In this document: positions 38,721-53,149 of the stretch, piece after piece
How positions within the stretch are numbered: the stretch's first letter is position 1
Layout of the letters: each line of letters begins with the position of its first letter
Source: the human T2T-CHM13v2.0 reference genome, Homo sapiens
Assembly (NCBI RefSeq): GCF_009914755.1
Contig: NC_060933.1
DNA: 64,000 nt
Reading direction: 5' to 3' (one strand)
Notes under the pieces: model-generated
Database searches by the model: none
Told to the model about the DNA's origin: nothing
Seen by the model: only the letters and a program-made list of their open reading frames with translations
Position numbers and translations under genes: made by a program

Positions 38721-39229
38721 CCTATGGCCACATTGACCCAGTATGCTGAAGGTAATGACTGAGGGTTCTGGAGTGGGGAGGTTGCAGGCAGGCAGTGATA
38801 GGTTGTCAAGGTGAACACAAATGCTGCAAGCAGGAAGGACAGACTTACTCACTTTGATGAGAAGATAATTCCCACTGGACTTCTGGCATTGTAAGGGTAG
38901 TGTGATAATTCCAGCCTTCCTGCTTCAGTTGGGTGTTGTGCTGACACGGCCTAAGATGGTTTACGGCTGCTCAGTATTACTAAAATCACTTATACTTAGC
39001 AAATAAATTCCCTCGCTACTCTTGGATTGGATATTTTAAATCCCCCAAAGACAAGTAAGTGGTGAGTTGAAGGCAAATAAAAATAGATCCCATTTGCTGG
39101 GCATTGTGCTAGGTACTTTATGGATATTCCACATGATTATGAAAATGAAAGAAAACTAAGATATGTTCAGATTAATTAAAATATATAGTTATATTTTTCT
39201 AAAATTTGTTTAAATAATGAACAGGTTAA

Positions 39230-40175
39230 AAACATTTGTAAAGGAAAAAACCAGGATCCTGTAGAAAATTGATTTTTTTATTAAAGGTCTTTAGTGAATG
39301 GTAACATCTTATATGCAAATGAGGAAAATTATTAAGGTTTAAAGAATGATGATAAAACAAAAACAAGCATCTCCACCCACCCCACAGTTTGAGAGTTAGA
39401 ATCATTCCCTGCATTTTAGAATTCCCGTTGTCCTTCCTCACCCCACTTCCCTCTTTCAGAAGGAGCCCCCTGAATTTTATGTTTAATATTTTCTTGCTTT
39501 CTTGTTTAATTAATTGTAGCAGTCTGTATATGTTTTATTTTTATTTATTTTTTTTTTGAGATGGAGTCTCACCCTGTCACCCAGGCTGGAGAGCAATGGT
39601 GTGATCTCACCCCACTGCAGCCTCCGCCTCCCGGGTTCAAGCGATTCTCCTGCTTCAGCCTCCTGAGTACCTGGGATTATAGGCGCCCACCATTGTGCCT
39701 GGCTAATTTTTGTATTTTTAGTAGAGATGGGGTTTTGCCATGTTGGCCAGGCTGGTTTCAAACTCCTGACCTCAAGTGATCCACTTGTCTCGGCCTCCCA
39801 AAGTGCTGGGATTACAGGCGTGAGCCAATGCGCCCGGCCCAGTCTGTATATGTTCTTAAAGAATATGTTGTTCAGTGCTGCATGTTTTTGAACTTTATAT
39901 AAATGGAATTGTACAGTTTGTGTCTGTTTCCTTCTTTCCTTCCTCCTAAACATTATATTCTTGAGATTCATCCATGTTGATGTATGTAGCTATACTTGAT
40001 TTGTTTTGCTGCATAATATTTCATTATAGGAAAAGATCATATCTTCTGGATCCATGTATCCGTGGACATGCAGATAGATTGTTTCCATATTTTGCTTTTA
40101 CAAATGTTGTTGCTATGGACCTCCTTGTACAAGTCTTGGGGCACACGTGCAATAATTTGTTGAGGGTTTATGCTT
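39230..40175 (-). mobile_element. L1ME-type 3' region with AluS at 39533-39840
   Basis: tttttgaactttatataaatggaat..ttgagattcatccatgttg; Alu TSD agtctgtatatgtt. Confidence 0.75.
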
Positions 40176-40639
40176 ATGCATCAGGTAAAATTAGTTTAGT
40201 TTGGGCTGTACCTCCTCTTACTCCCTGCTCCCAGTAGTTATGATATCTGACACATCCAAGGTTAAAGAGGCAAGGAATAGGAAAGGTCTCAACTGTTATT
40301 CCCTGGACTTTGAAGGTATTAGGCTGAGTCTGTCTGAATTTAGTAGTGATCAGACTTCCTTGGGGCACCTTAGTGGTTTCTTCAGAGATCCATTGCTGGG
40401 GATCTCCACCTGCAGGTGCCTTGACAGGGTTGAATGACTTCCTTTGGCTGGTCACTTATGATGACCTCAGTATCTCAGTATCCCTTGGACATATGTTCGT
40501 ACATCTTTAGCATCTTTCTGCAGAGGTCTTCACACTATTCCAGGTAGCCCTCATTAGCAAAATCCAAGACTGTTCCACTCCTGCTTGTCCTCCCACTACA
40601 TTTCCCCTGACTCCCTTATCCCCCTAATGAGAAAGTCAA

Positions 40640-41249
<610 letters not shown>

Positions 41250-41659
41250 GGCATCTATACATATATACTTGAAAATACACGGAATATTTCTGGCACATTT
41301 TCTATAGCAAACTGATAACACTGATAAAACCAATAATACTGCTTCTGAGGAAGGGAATTCGATTTAAGGTGTTCAGGGATGAAGACAACCTACTTTTTAC
41401 GTATGTAATATACTATTTTGTATTTTTTGAATTATTCTTTTTAGCATATGCATTACTTTTGGAAAAATGCATTAATTTTGGAAAATAATCTTTAAACAAA
41501 AGAAAAAATGAGTTCTATTTGACTATTAGGCCTCTATGATTAATATTTGGCCTTTGTAGCATTGAACACTGCAACCTTAACATGGTAATTTTTTTCCATA
41601 ATGACTGAGATAATAGTATTTACAATGTAATAAATATGTATGAAAAAAGATTATGACTA

Positions 41660-42164
41660 TATTTTGAGCATAGTGAGTTTGGGGTGTCAGTAGGAAACAG
41701 GCAGATGGAAATATCTAACAGGAGTTGGAAATGTGGACTGGAGCACTAGTCAAAACTGAAGATTGTTATAAAAGACTGAGTAAAATACCCAAAGGAGAGA
41801 ATGTGGAGGGAAGAAATGGGCTCTGGGTATAACCAAAGGCATCAATTACCTCTGGGGTCAGAAGAGGAAAGAGGAGTCAGAGAATGAGAGGCAGATCTGA
41901 GAGTGAACAGCTTTATACAAATCATGGGAGAAGATCACGTGAAGAAATGAGAATTGGTGGTAGTGGCTTGCTGCAGAGAATCTGAGGAGAATGAAAACTA
42001 AGAAAATCTGTAGATCTGATTTTTCAATTGTTATCAAGAGAGTATTTTCTGTACATGATGAGATGGTTAGAAGATGAAGGCTGTGAAAAAGAAACTTGGT
42101 AGTGAAGGGAAGGAGGGAAGGACAGGAATGTAGTTCAAGGGATAGCCTGGTGAGTGGAGGTGGG

Positions 42165-42218
<54 letters not shown>

Positions 42219-42885
42219 ATTTTAAGATGGGAAGCACATCAAACCATTTATACACTGGCAGGAAGAAGTCACAGAAGAAAGAATGAAGAAGTATTAAAAT
42301 GTGGTCAGACTGGGGAGATTAAGAGCCATAAAGAGGGGCTTTCACCTTGAAATAGAGGAAGGTCACTTTTTAATCTGGGACAGCAGTGAAGGAAGCAAAG
42401 ATAGGGAAGAGACAGGAAGTGATGTTAATGTAGAAGAAGCACCACCACATTTTGAATAAAGGAACAATGAGATCATCTGCAGAGAATAAGGAGATTGGAA
42501 TAGAAGGGGGCTTTACATTTATAGAAGAGTGTTGTGCATTGTATAATTAGAAAAGAAACAGAAAGGGTCTTAAGTTAGCAAAGCAGGTGTTTTGCAGCAG
42601 CATGACATAATGAAAAGAACACTAACTTTGGAGCCAGAAAGACCTGAGTTTGAGTCCTGGCTTCATTCCTTGTTAACAAGTTACCAAACTGATCTTTCTT
42701 AATTCCTCAATTTTATTACAGAATAGGACAACAATACCTACTCTGTCAAGCTGTTATGCAGATTCAATGATAGGACATGCTAGTTAATTTTAGTTTCAAC
42801 AAACATTTACTAATCTCCCATCATGCGCCAGATACTCCGCTAGGAGTATCTCTTTATCCTGAGTTTAAAGTCTAGGAGGGGGGAA
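41660..42885. mobile_element. L2 (minus) fragments, (TG)n at 42165-42218 and MIR (plus, 42590-42790)
   Basis: gagtttgggg..ggaaatatctaacagg..; ggagccagaaagacctgagtttgagtcctggct. Confidence 0.6.
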
Positions 42886-42899
42886 TACACTTCCTCATT

Positions 42900-44100
42900 T
42901 TCTTTTGGGACAAAGAATAAACTTTTGCAGAATTATGAAGGGACTTGCTAAGTACTTTCCTGCTTGTGCACTTTTAAATACTGGATCAGATTCACCGGCG
43001 GGTTTTATTCTGGTCTGTCTGGATTTAGCCACTAATGCAAGGGAACCACTTCTCTGAGGCCGTGAGCGATTCTTACCCCTTGCCCTTTGGCAAAGCCCTT
43101 CACAGCTGCTGATTATGAAAGATGAGTGGCCTTGGACTGCTGACCACTTCAATGATGACTCGGCTTGTCTCATTCTTATCTCTGCAATAAGCCTGATGTG
43201 TATTTTTTGTCTTTTGTTGTTGTTGTTATTGTCGTTGGTAGTATCTAAATATAGAGTTGTTTATCTTTCAAATAGCCTCCCAGAGAGAAATGACCTGAGA
43301 CTGAGAAACTGAGAACAATTGACCAAAATCATGAACAGTAATGAAATTCATTCATTTATAATCTTCATTACTTTTAGGGAGAGTAAGTAAAGACATGCAT
43401 CCTTGATTAGAGAGATTGGATTAATTGTAATGATTGGACTTAGAGTGTGAGTCTACAGAAATCTTAAATTAAATTCTAACAGGAGTGCTTTTGCAAAAGG
43501 ATTATAAATTAAAGCTTTAATTTGTGTACTTTAGTTGTTTAGGTGATTGTAACATCATTTAAGCATTTAATGACAGTGAAATTGTTCCAGTGTCATCGGT
43601 GATTTGTGATGAAGATCAGCACGTCCAGATCAGAACTGGGTTAATTGCAGCTCATCACCAAGGAAAGTACAAAACATTCTAACCAATACCAGGACTGTAG
43701 TGTAGACATCTTTCCCTTTTTAAGTTCTTTTCCAATGCCACTGAGCATTTATATCCTTGTATTGCATTAATAAGGATTACACTGGCCCCATTTCTAGAAC
43801 TATGTAAATACCAACCTGACAAAGTTGGTGATAGGAAGTTCATAGATGTTTCTTTTTCATATATTGCCCTCTCAGTTCTCCCAGGTAGGCCAATCTGTTT
43901 TCCACAGGACTGATCTATTGCTCTGGTTGTCAGCCTTGTTTGAAAATTATTGCAGTGTCCATGGGCATCAGTGGAATATTCCAGCTGACCTTTGTTAGGC
44001 CTTTGAATAAAGAAGACAAAACAAACAAAACCCCAAGCAAGCCAACAACGACAACAATAATTGGCAAATGCCACAGTATCTTCAGTGATTAACAACGATT
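42900..44100. promoter_or_regulatory. Repeat-free block, candidate conserved enhancer
   Basis: 1.2 kb with no recognisable repeat; clustered TAAT/TGATTG/TGACAG/GATA/E-box motifs. Confidence 0.4.
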
Positions 44101-44124
44101 TTCTTTAGAAACCTTGTGAGTCTG

Positions 44125-44501
<377 letters not shown>

Positions 44502-44539
44502 TCAAAAACGGCAAGCTTATTACCATTATTTTTATTATT

Positions 44540-45020
44540 TGGAATTAATGTTATCTGTTTCCCCCTCCCTCTCCCTTTTTGGTCCTCACTTTTTACTCGG
44601 AATACCAGTGGAATAAAGGTAAACAGCATCCGTTCTCATTTCTGAGGACAGGCTGCCCTGATGTTGAAGGTGATAGAATGGTCAACAGCCCTGGAAGCCC
44701 ACTTCAGATTCTGGGTAGCTTTGCTGGGTCACCATGGCCTTGCAAACTGGCAGCTGGCTGGAAGATTGACGCTATGTTTGGCATTGGCTTACAATGGAGA
44801 ATTGCTATGCGTAGCCAAAAATCTTCCCTGGCAGCCAGGAGTGGAGAGCAGCCTTGGACCCCACTTCACAGCATTCCTTTAAATGATGTTACTGTATTCA
44901 CAGGCCAGAATTTAAACGTTTGCAGTAACAAGGGAGCCAGTTTTTGGATAGTCAAAGGCATTTTGTCAACAAAAGAGTATTCAGGCCATGCTATATATTT
45001 ATGGTTCTATTCATCTCACC
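44540..45020. promoter_or_regulatory. Repeat-free block, candidate enhancer
   Basis: NFI half-sites, CAGCTG, ACAATGG, palindrome cctggcagccagg. Confidence 0.33.
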
Positions 45021-45451
45021 TTGTAGATAAGGAGGATTTGGAACCGCTGTAGGCTCTAAATAAACTCTTATTTTAATGCAGATGGCTCCTTATTCTAAAT
45101 AATATCCTTTATATTCTTTTGCCTCAGACTTGGCATTTCTAACTCCTTGATGAATATTTCTACTCGGATTTCCAGCCATTAACACCTGTTCCCAACTTCC
45201 TTATTTTCTATCTGTGCTATCACGATTATTGAGAAACTGTATATATAGTGATTACAATTGAGGGCTTTGGAGGCTGACTGCTGGGTTTTAAATCCCTGCT
45301 GTGCTATTTACTAGGTATGTGGACTTGGATAAGTTATTTGACTTCCTGGTGCCTCCTTACCTCCTCTTTGTAATAATAACACATCCCTCATCAAGTTGTT
45401 GTAAGCATTGAATTAAATGTTTAGACCAATGCCTGGAATGTAGTCAGTGCT

Positions 45452-46252
45452 TGTATCAGTTTGGTTGTATTAGGCTGCAAGTAACAGAACACCAATTAAT
45501 AATAGCTTAGGCAATAAATACATTTAATTATCTTTTTTTTTTTTTTTTTTTTTTTTTTTGAGACGGAGTCTCCCTCTGTCACCCAGGCTGGAGTGCATTG
45601 GTGCAATCTTGGCTCACTGCAACCTCCGTCTCCCTAGTTCAAGCAATTCTTCTGTCTCAGCCTTCCCGAGTAGCTGGGACTACAGGCTCATGCCACAACA
45701 TAGTAGAGATGGGGTTTCACCATATTGGTCAGGCTCGTCTCAAACTCCTGACCTTAGGTGATCCACCTGCCTTGGCCTCCCAAAGTGCTGGGATTACAGG
45801 CATGAGCCACCACATCTGGCTCATAATTATCTTATATAAGTAGAATTCTGGAGGTGGGAAGTTCCAGCCTTGCTGCAGCAGTTCAGTGGTGCCACCGAAG
45901 ACTGCATGTCTTTTTCTCTTTCCCTTCTGCCATCTTTCCCATGTCAGCTTTTCATCTTCATGGCTATCACAGGTCACCAGGCTGCTGCAGCTCCAGGGAT
46001 CAAGGCAAAATGAAGGGGAAAAGGCAGGGGTGGCATCGACTGTCTCTTGCATCAGGAAAGCAAAAGCTTTCCCAGTTCCCAGGAGCCTTCCAAAAGATTT
46101 CTCCCTACATCTTATTGCCAGGACTAAGTCACATGTCCTCCCGTGACTTTGAAGGAGGCTAAGAAAGTGACGATCTAGTTTTCCAGCTTCTGTAATAAGA
46201 GAAGAGAGTTGGGCATGGTTGTAGAGGCAGCCAGGCCACAGTGACTGCCACA
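45452..46252 (-). mobile_element. MLT1J/K/L-type LTR inserted in a MIR (45240-46290), containing a linker-less AluS at 45533-45821
   Basis: tgtatcagtt..ggctgcaagtaacaga..ctgccaca; 5-bp TSD gtgct/gtgat. Confidence 0.8.
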
Positions 46253-46649
46253 GTGATTAATATATGTTAGCTGTTACTGTTATTATTATTCCAGTTTTTA
46301 AAGTTAAAGATGTTGAAATTATTTTTCATTCCCCCTCTTCTTCTTTAACACTCAGTCACCAAGTTCAGCGATTCCTCCTTCTCAATGTTTTCCATGCCTA
46401 CCCGATCTTTCCTTCATACTATTCCTAATGTTCCGGTGTTATTATCTCATGCATGGAAAAATGCAGTCAGCTTTCTTTCTGTCTCCTCTATCTTCAGTTT
46501 CTCCATGCTCTGCTCTATCTTGCACTCCACCAGATGAATCTTCATCAAATATCTCTATCATGCCATGTTATTGCCCAAATTCTTTAATCTCTTCCTATTG
46601 TCCACAGTAGTGATTCTTAAACTTCAGCATAATTAGAATCACATGGGAA

Positions 46650-46942
46650 GGCTGGGTGTGGTGGCTCACGCCTGTAATCCCAACACTTTGGAAGGCTGAG
46701 GTGGGTGGATTGTTTTAGCTCAGGACTTTGAGACCAGCTTGGGCAACATGGTGAACCCTGTCTCTACAAAAAATACAAAAATTAGCCGGGCACGGTGGCA
46801 TGCACCTGTAGTCCTAGCTACTCAGGAGGCTGCTGAGGGGGTGGATTGCTTGAGACTGGGAGGCGGAGGTTGCAGTGAGCCAAGATCAAACTGCTGCACT
46901 CCAGGCTGGGTGACAAAGGGAGACTCTGTCTAAAAAAAAAAA
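46650..46942 (+). mobile_element. AluJ inserted in a MER5A-like fragment
   Basis: TSD agaatcacatgggaa / agaatcaccttggaa. Confidence 0.88.
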
Positions 46943-48205
46943 GAAGAATCACCTTGGAAACTTGTTAAAAATCAGATGTCTTCTTAAAAGCAGGTATTGA
47001 GGTTATAAAATAATATATTCTCAATATACTCACAGTATAATTGGCAACACAAACAAAATAATTATAATTCAGGGAATTTATTTTCTATGTTACTCATTTG
47101 GCACATTAAATTTACTGCTTTACATAAGATCCACAATCAGTTATTTTTTCATGTATATATGTCTCATTTCCTTCAATAGATCAGACATTGCTTGAAGGCA
47201 GAGATTCTGTATAATACCACACTGCCACTGTAATTAGTCCTAAAATATCCAACACAATTTTTTTGAATAAATCAATGGTATTCATGCAAAATATTCAGTG
47301 GGTACTTAATAAATGTTGGACTTATCTAGCAAAAACAATGGAAAACCTCAGACAAGATTGGGTAAAAAACAAAAACAAAAAACACCTCTATCTATTAGAA
47401 TAGATGTATAGCTTGAAGCAACAGAATTACTCTTGGCTGAGAAATGGCTACAATCTAATAATGTAGATCTTGCATGAATCAAATGGAAAGACACAGTGTA
47501 GATCTATCACAAATACTAAGCTTCAAGGGGTGAAAGGGCACTGTTAATCAGTAATTCTATCAGTAATAGGATTAGTTTGATTATTATGGAAGAGATCACC
47601 CATTCAATAATGTTCTTTTCCAGGCACTCCTGATACCCACTGGAGGTAATGCTGGTTTTGGGAGCACAATGTATTGTGAATAAAATATACGAAGAAAAAA
47701 GGTAATTATTTATACCTGTTTGGTGCCAGGGTCTTCAATGATGAATAAGACCCAGTCTCTCAAGGAACTTGGTATCTAGTAGGAAAAAGAAGCATGCAGA
47801 CAAGTCTAACAGATGATTTCCAGTATAACCGGAAATCAGAGAGGAGCATGAGTGTGTGAGTGAGGCAGGAGAAGAAGAGAGGATCTCTTCTGTCTGGAAG
47901 TGTGAGGACACCTTTTCCCAAGGAGTTATCTGCTCTCTCATCTTCCTTTCAGCTTCTCTTGGAATATTGCTAGAGTTATTATTTTTATAATGTTTGGTCT
48001 CACCTTCTCACCAACTACTGAATTTCAGAGGTAAATATCCAAGGAGTTGATAACATCTTTGTTTCTTCATACTAATGAAACGGGAAACAATTTCAGAAGT
48101 CATCCAATCCAACCCAGCCTGACAAACAAAATGGTCATCTGTTCTCTCTCTTTCTATCTACTCCTGATTCCCCCAAATCCCCGCATTTCTCAAATATGAG
48201 AGACT

Positions 48206-48314
48206 AAGGATAATCAACCATCCTGCTGTGCCCCGGAAAAAGTACTGAAATGCAGGACTTTCATTGCTAAAATCGGGACAGTCCCAGACAAACCAAGATG
48301 AGTTGGTCACCCTA
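48206..48314. mobile_element. MER81/MER94-like hAT-Blackjack MITE
   Basis: TIR ..gttggtcacccta; gggacagtccc core. Confidence 0.7.
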
Positions 48315-48574
48315 GAGGGCAGTAGAAATAGTTAGAATGAAGGAGCCTGGATTAATCTATGCTAAATTCCTAACTGGGCAATTCCCTTAATGCTGATGGT
48401 TGCTTTATAGTATCAGAATATAAATGTGTCTCTGGAAGACAAGCCTATGCAGATTCAGAGCAAACATCCCACCACAGCCTACCAGGCTTGACTCATTCAC
48501 TGGCTGGGTGAAGTCAACACAAGCATGTGTTTTCAATAAATATTTGATATAACTTTGTTTTGATTATACTGGGC

Positions 48575-48960
48575 TCTTAGGGGCAGCATTGTGTTCCCAC
48601 CCAAATTCCTATGCTGAAGTTCTAATCCCAGTACCTCAGAATGTGATTGTATTTGGAGAAAGAGTCTTTACACATAATTAAGGTAAAATAAGGTCATATA
48701 GGTGGACCCTAATGCAATATGACTGGTGTCCTTATAAGAGGAGTAGATGAGGACAAAGACACAATAGAGGAAAGGCTGTGTAAACACAAGGGGAGAAGAT
48801 GGCCATCTATAAGCCAAGGAGTGAGGCCTCAGAAGAAATAACCCTGCTGCCACTTTGATCTTGGACTTCCAGCCTCTGGAATTGTGAGAAAATAAATTTC
48901 TGTTGTTTAAGCCACCCAGTCTGTGGTACTCTGGTATTGCAGCCTCAGCAAACTCATATA
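48575..48960 (+). mobile_element. MLT1B LTR
   Basis: cccagtacctcagaatgtgattgtatttggag..ggcctcagaagaa..gcaaactcatata. Confidence 0.87.
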
Positions 48961-48964
48961 TGGG

Positions 48965-49751
<787 letters not shown>

Positions 49752-49752
49752 A

Positions 49753-50145
49753 TTGTCTTGAGTTGGGCTTTCTCAGATGTATATAGTGATTTATGCAGAA
49801 GTAGTTTATTTGGGAGGTGATCCCAGGAAGCCCTGATGACAGAGGTGAAGGGAGAGGGAAAGGAAGGAAACTACTTCAGAGCAGGTCACTGCTGGGGGCA
49901 ACTGGATCTGCATTCCACTGGGGGCCTCTGAAAACTGTGTAGAACACACCTCAGGTTGTCCCACCCGAGGGGCAATTTACCCTCCATCTCCCATTCGTTA
50001 TGGGGGGAACAGGGATTGGCTTACAGCCTGGCAGCACCTGCCTGCCCTGCACAGTAGTGAGCTAATTTCTGCTGCTAGAGAAAGCCCTCAGGGAGGGTTG
50101 GGGGAGCTTGCAATAAGAACTGCAGGTGTGCACAGCAACAGTCTC
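49753..50145. mobile_element. LTR16-type ERVL LTR
   Basis: agtagtttatttgggaggtgatcccaggaagc..gggcaactgga..gtgtagaacacacctcag. Confidence 0.7.
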
Positions 50146-51156
50146 TGTGTGTTTTATTTGCTTTTGTAATAACAAACAATAAAGATTTCAAAAGCAGGAA
50201 AGTGATTGTATTACTGGGAACAATTTTATTTAACTTTAACATTATAACAAATCCATTGCCAGGTTCACTTTGGAATTTGGCCTAGAATAAAAGTGGCTTT
50301 CTCTAGGCAGGGTGTGAGATGTGATATAAGCCGTGTTCTTTCAGCGCCCCGGTGGTATCATGCATCAGGCTCCTCACAGTGCCAGACTCACTGTCATTCT
50401 TAAATTCCTAGAGATTGGGCCTTGTTAGTGCTAAAGGCCTCTGAGGCTCCTTTAAATCAGTCACATATTGATTAAAATAAGAAGGGAGATTCTCCCTTTC
50501 CTACCTAAGCTAGCTGAGGGCATATAGCAAAATCTCTTTTCCTTGTGTCAAAATTAAAACAGGACTCTCAGTGTCCTGCGCCATCTACCCAGGGTAACTT
50601 CCTACCCTTCCCATTGCTAAATGAGATAGATAGTAATTATTCAGCACCCCCCTCCATGAGGACTGACATAGATAATGCAAGTAGAGTTCTCAGCAAAGGG
50701 CATGGCTACTAACTGCACACATCGAAGCCCATTGAGAATACTGGTAATTTGTATATTTATTTCATGTAACCAGAAATCTCCATATTTTATTTAAAAATAA
50801 ATTTTGTCTCTGGGTGTTGTTTCACTTGCGAGTACGCCAGGCTTGTGACTGTGTATCCTTTGTCCTCCTGGCTTAAGTATCTCCAAGTAGAATTATTGGG
50901 AAGTTTTTAGATAAAATAAAAATCTTAGGAAAGGTTGGGGCTGGCCTTGGAGGAATAGAGGGGAGGGAAGGAGACAGAACTGGGTCCTGGGAAAAAGGAG
51001 GCAGGCAGGCTCCATGCCAAGGGCTGGGATTAATCCTGGGCACCTAGCCTCTTCCTCTCTGAGTTCTCCTTCACCCTTTGCCAGTTTTCACCAGTGACTC
51101 TGATAGACTGGGGTGCAAATATAGAAATGACTAATGACATAAAAAAGTTGTTTGTC

Positions 51157-51410
51157 CATCGTATGTTCTCACTCATAAGTGGGAACTAAGCTATGAGGAT
51201 GCAAAGGCATAAGAATGATACAATGGACTTTGGTGACTCAGGGGAAAGGGTGGAAAGGGAGTGAGGGATAAAAGACTACAAAGTGGGTTCAGTGTATACT
51301 GCTCTGGAGATAAGTGCACCAGAATCTCACAAATCACCAGCAAAGAACTTATGTAACCAAACATCACCCATTCCCCCCAAAACGTATGGAAATAAAACAT
51401 TTTAAAAAAA
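51157..51410 (+). mobile_element. L1PB1-like 5'-truncated 3' end
   Basis: ctaagctatgaggatgcaaaggcataagaatgatacaatggactttgg..ggataaaagactac. Confidence 0.9.
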
Positions 51411-52754
51411 GGAAAAGGTTTTAAGGTTTTTAAAATATGTGTAGGGAAAGATTATCTCAGATGTATTTTTAAAAAAACCAAGGTATTTTATAGGGATTTA
51501 ATAGATGTTTTCAAAATCAAAATAAAAGTTGTTTTTCCTCATTAGTAAGCCAGAAAGTTGGAATTAAAACTACAGTGATGTAAGTGCCTGAGTCTTAAGT
51601 AAGGGTCTTAATATTAGTCTTAAACAGAGGAGGGATAGGGTTAGAAACTTTCTAAATGAATGCTCCCTGACTGAACTCATTGTTTTAATGCAGCATATAA
51701 TCCCCTGGATAAATCTCTGAATAAAATTTCAGATGAAAAGAACACTTAAATGGCCACATTATACCAACAGAAAGACAGGCATTTCAGGACTAAAAAAGAA
51801 CATAACATATGGAATACTGAAAACCTGTACTGTAGCCCAGCGCCAGGCACCAGGTATGTCTTCAACAGATGTTAACTATGATTATGATTATTGTCACCCA
51901 ATAACCATCTTTCCCATCTAGTATCTCATGGGAATTTCAGAGAATTCACGTGTATGGGAGTATAATGGAGATGGAGACTCTGTAGGGAATTGGGGTGCAG
52001 GGAAATTCATCTGTTTCACAATGCACACCCACATCAAGTGACTCTAATTCTCCTTTCAATAAGAGTTTTTGCTCTCAAAAACCCTCTTCTCTTCCAGACT
52101 GTCTCTCTCCTATGTAAGCCTAATGTTTTTCTCTCCTGCTTTATAGATTTTCCCTCATACCTCCTTCAAATTCTTTTCTGTGCCATGTAATGTGAAAGCC
52201 ACAAAAATTGACCTCAGGTCATTACAGTCTACTAGAGGAGCTATAAACAACATTATTTAGAATAGAGAGGTTGACCACCGTGACATGCTAGAGGCATAAA
52301 CGGTAGGGGTTCAGTGGAGAGGAGACATCATAAGACAAGTGGCATGGGCATTGGTCTTAAAGGATAAATTGGATTCTGTCTGAAAACAGTAGGAAATAAT
52401 ATTATTGGTGGAAGGAACAGTTTGAGCAAAGACACAAATGTGGCAAAAGCCAGGGTCTGATCTTCCCAGCTTGAATGCCAAACTAAGGGATCCAGGCTGT
52501 ATTCTATAGGCCAACATTTTGAGCAGCTCATCTGAGCCATATTGGAGATATTAATCATAGACTGGTTGTCATGAATGGATGGGAAGAGGCAGGGGCAGGG
52601 TGCAGGAGGTCAGTAAAGAGGACATCCCCATTACTCTTCAACTCTCAGATAGTCAGATATAAATGTTAATTCTTGCCTTCTCAGAAATGTTTAAGGCATC
52701 TCCATTGTCCACAAAATAAAGAATAAACCCCTTAAAATGCCATTCAAGGCCTCC

Positions 52755-53141
52755 GTACTAGTCAGCTTGAGCTGCCATAATAAAATACCATAGACTTGGG
52801 GCTTAAACAACAGAAATTTATTTCCTCACAGTTATGGAGGCTAGAAGTTCAAGGTTCTGGCCAGTTCAGTTTCTGGTGAGGGCAGATGGCTTGCAAATGG
52901 CCACCTTCTTACTGTGTGCTTATGTGGCCTTTACTTGGTGGTGCTCATGGAGAGAGAGAGCAAGCTCTCTGGTGTTTCTTTCTATAAAGGCTAATCCTTT
53001 TGAATCAAGACTCCAGGGTCACACCCTATGACCTCATTTAACCTTAGTTCCATAGAGGCCCCATCTCCAAATAGAGCCAGACTGTGGGTTAGTGCTTTGA
53101 CATACACATTTTTGTGAAACACAAACATTCAGTCCATGACA
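52755..53141 (-). mobile_element. MLT1A-type LTR
   Basis: ctgccataataaaataccatagact..cattcagtccatgaca. Confidence 0.85.
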
Positions 53142-53149
53142 GCTTCCTA

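Noticed and set aside
50340-50356. CTCF-like cagcgccccggtgg
   Set aside because: Two bases short of the core spacing; poor fit
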